Source: Squalus acanthias
Taxonomy: Eukaryota
Length of the DNA: 64,000 bases
Reading direction: 5' to 3'
Assembly: GCA_030390025.1 (NCBI GenBank)
Contig: CM059432.1
Coordinates: forward strand, 30,196,001 to 30,260,000
The notes under the pieces were generated by a model. That model ran no database searches, was not told where the DNA came from, and saw only the letters and a program-made list of their open reading frames with translations. Positions within the stretch are counted from its first letter, which is position 1; each line of letters opens with the position of its first letter. Positions 63,066-64,000 of the stretch are shown piece after piece. The position numbers and the translations under genes are program-made.

Positions 63066-63600
63066 TCAGCCTTGGCTCAGTAGTAGCACTCTTGCCTTTG
63101 AGTCAGAAGGTTGTGGGTTCAATGAAGTACTTTTGAAGTGTAGTCACTGTCGTAATGTAGGAAATGCAGCTGCCAATTTGCACACAGCAATGAGACAATG
63201 GCCAGACTTGGAAATATATCGCCGTTCCTTCATCGTCGCTGGGTCAAAATCCTAGAAATCCCTCCCTAACAGCACTATGGGAGTACCTTCACCCCACGGA
63301 CTGCAGCGGTTCAAGAAGGCGGCTCACCACCACCTTCTCGAGGACAATTAGGAATGGGCAATAAATGCTGACCTTGCCGGTGACGCCCACATCCCATGAA
63401 CGAAAATTTAAAAAATCTGTTTTTAGTGATGTTGGTTGAGGGATAAATATTGGCCAGGATATCGGGGCGAACTCCCTCTACCCTTCTTCGAAAATAGTGT
63501 CATGGGATCGTTTACGTCCTTCTGAAAGGGCAGATGGTGCCTCGGTTTAATATCACGTCCGAAAGGCAGCAGCTCCGACAGTGCAGAACTACTGCACTGG
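63066..63600. mobile_element. Deu-domain SINE pieces (head +, body -) with an inserted LINE 3' end (63207-63416)
   Basis: tRNA-like head TGGCTCAGTAGTAG..GGGTTCAA; clear Deu domain on the minus strand at 63425-63590. Confidence 0.75.
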
Positions 63601-63699
63601 TCTTGCTCGGCTGCACCCATGCCAAGAAAAGCTGAGCAGAGGCAGCTCAATTTCCCACTGGGATCCTAAAACAGGTGTTCTGCCCCTCATTAACATATA

Positions 63700-63970
63700 A
63701 TGTATGCAGAGAAGTGGAAACTGATGCATTTTAGAAGGAAGAATGAGGAGAGGCAAAATAAACTAAATTGTACAATTTTAAAAGAGGTGCGAACAGAAAG
63801 ACCTGAGGATTTACATACACAAATCTTTGAAGGTGGCAGGACAAGTTGATGAGGCTGTTAAAAAAGCATATGGGATCCTTGGCTTTATAAATAGCAGCAT
63901 AGAGTACAAAAGCAAGGAAATGATGCTGACCCTTTATAAATCATTGGTTATTCCTCAGCTGGAGTACTGG
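63700..63970 (+). mobile_element. CR1 RT C-terminal fragment
   Basis: KAYGILGFIN..IEYKSKE..L.LYK..QLEY motif. Confidence 0.8.
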
Positions 63971-64000
63971 GGGTAACTTTAACCACAAAAAACAGGGTTG

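Noticed and set aside
50640..64000. Divergent neighbouring gene upstream of RHPN1
   Set aside because: No recognisable exon; the region is almost all repeats.

Overview
Eukaryotic genomic DNA, almost certainly from a cartilaginous fish (shark-type CR1, Deu-domain SINE, Penelope and Harbinger repeats). The only host gene I can support is the 5' part of rhophilin-1 (RHPN1) on the minus strand, which the ORF track misses. It has a CpG-island promoter (~50.0-50.6 kb) and four coding exons (50135-50188, 42868-42983, 36744-36872, 1330-1405). These give 125 in-frame codons covering the HR1 domain and the start of BRO1, and the gene continues off the left edge. Most of the rest is nested transposable elements: CR1 and L2 LINEs, a hAT transposase 3' end, hAT and Harbinger MITEs, a fossil Harbinger transposase, a solo LTR and SINEs. 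Most notable: (i) two families of short, TSD-flanked, fold-back Penelope-derived elements carrying minimal hammerhead-ribozyme motifs; (ii) a 3.2-kb single-ORF LINE with a tRNA-like Pol III head, plus SINE-like derivatives sharing both of its ends; (iii) Harbinger MITEs nested in each other and rich in consensus 5' splice sites; (iv) an extended CTCF site, a candidate poison micro-exon and a possible mRNA/CR1 chimeric insertion. All assignments are by eye with no database searches, and repeat boundaries without TSDs are approximate.
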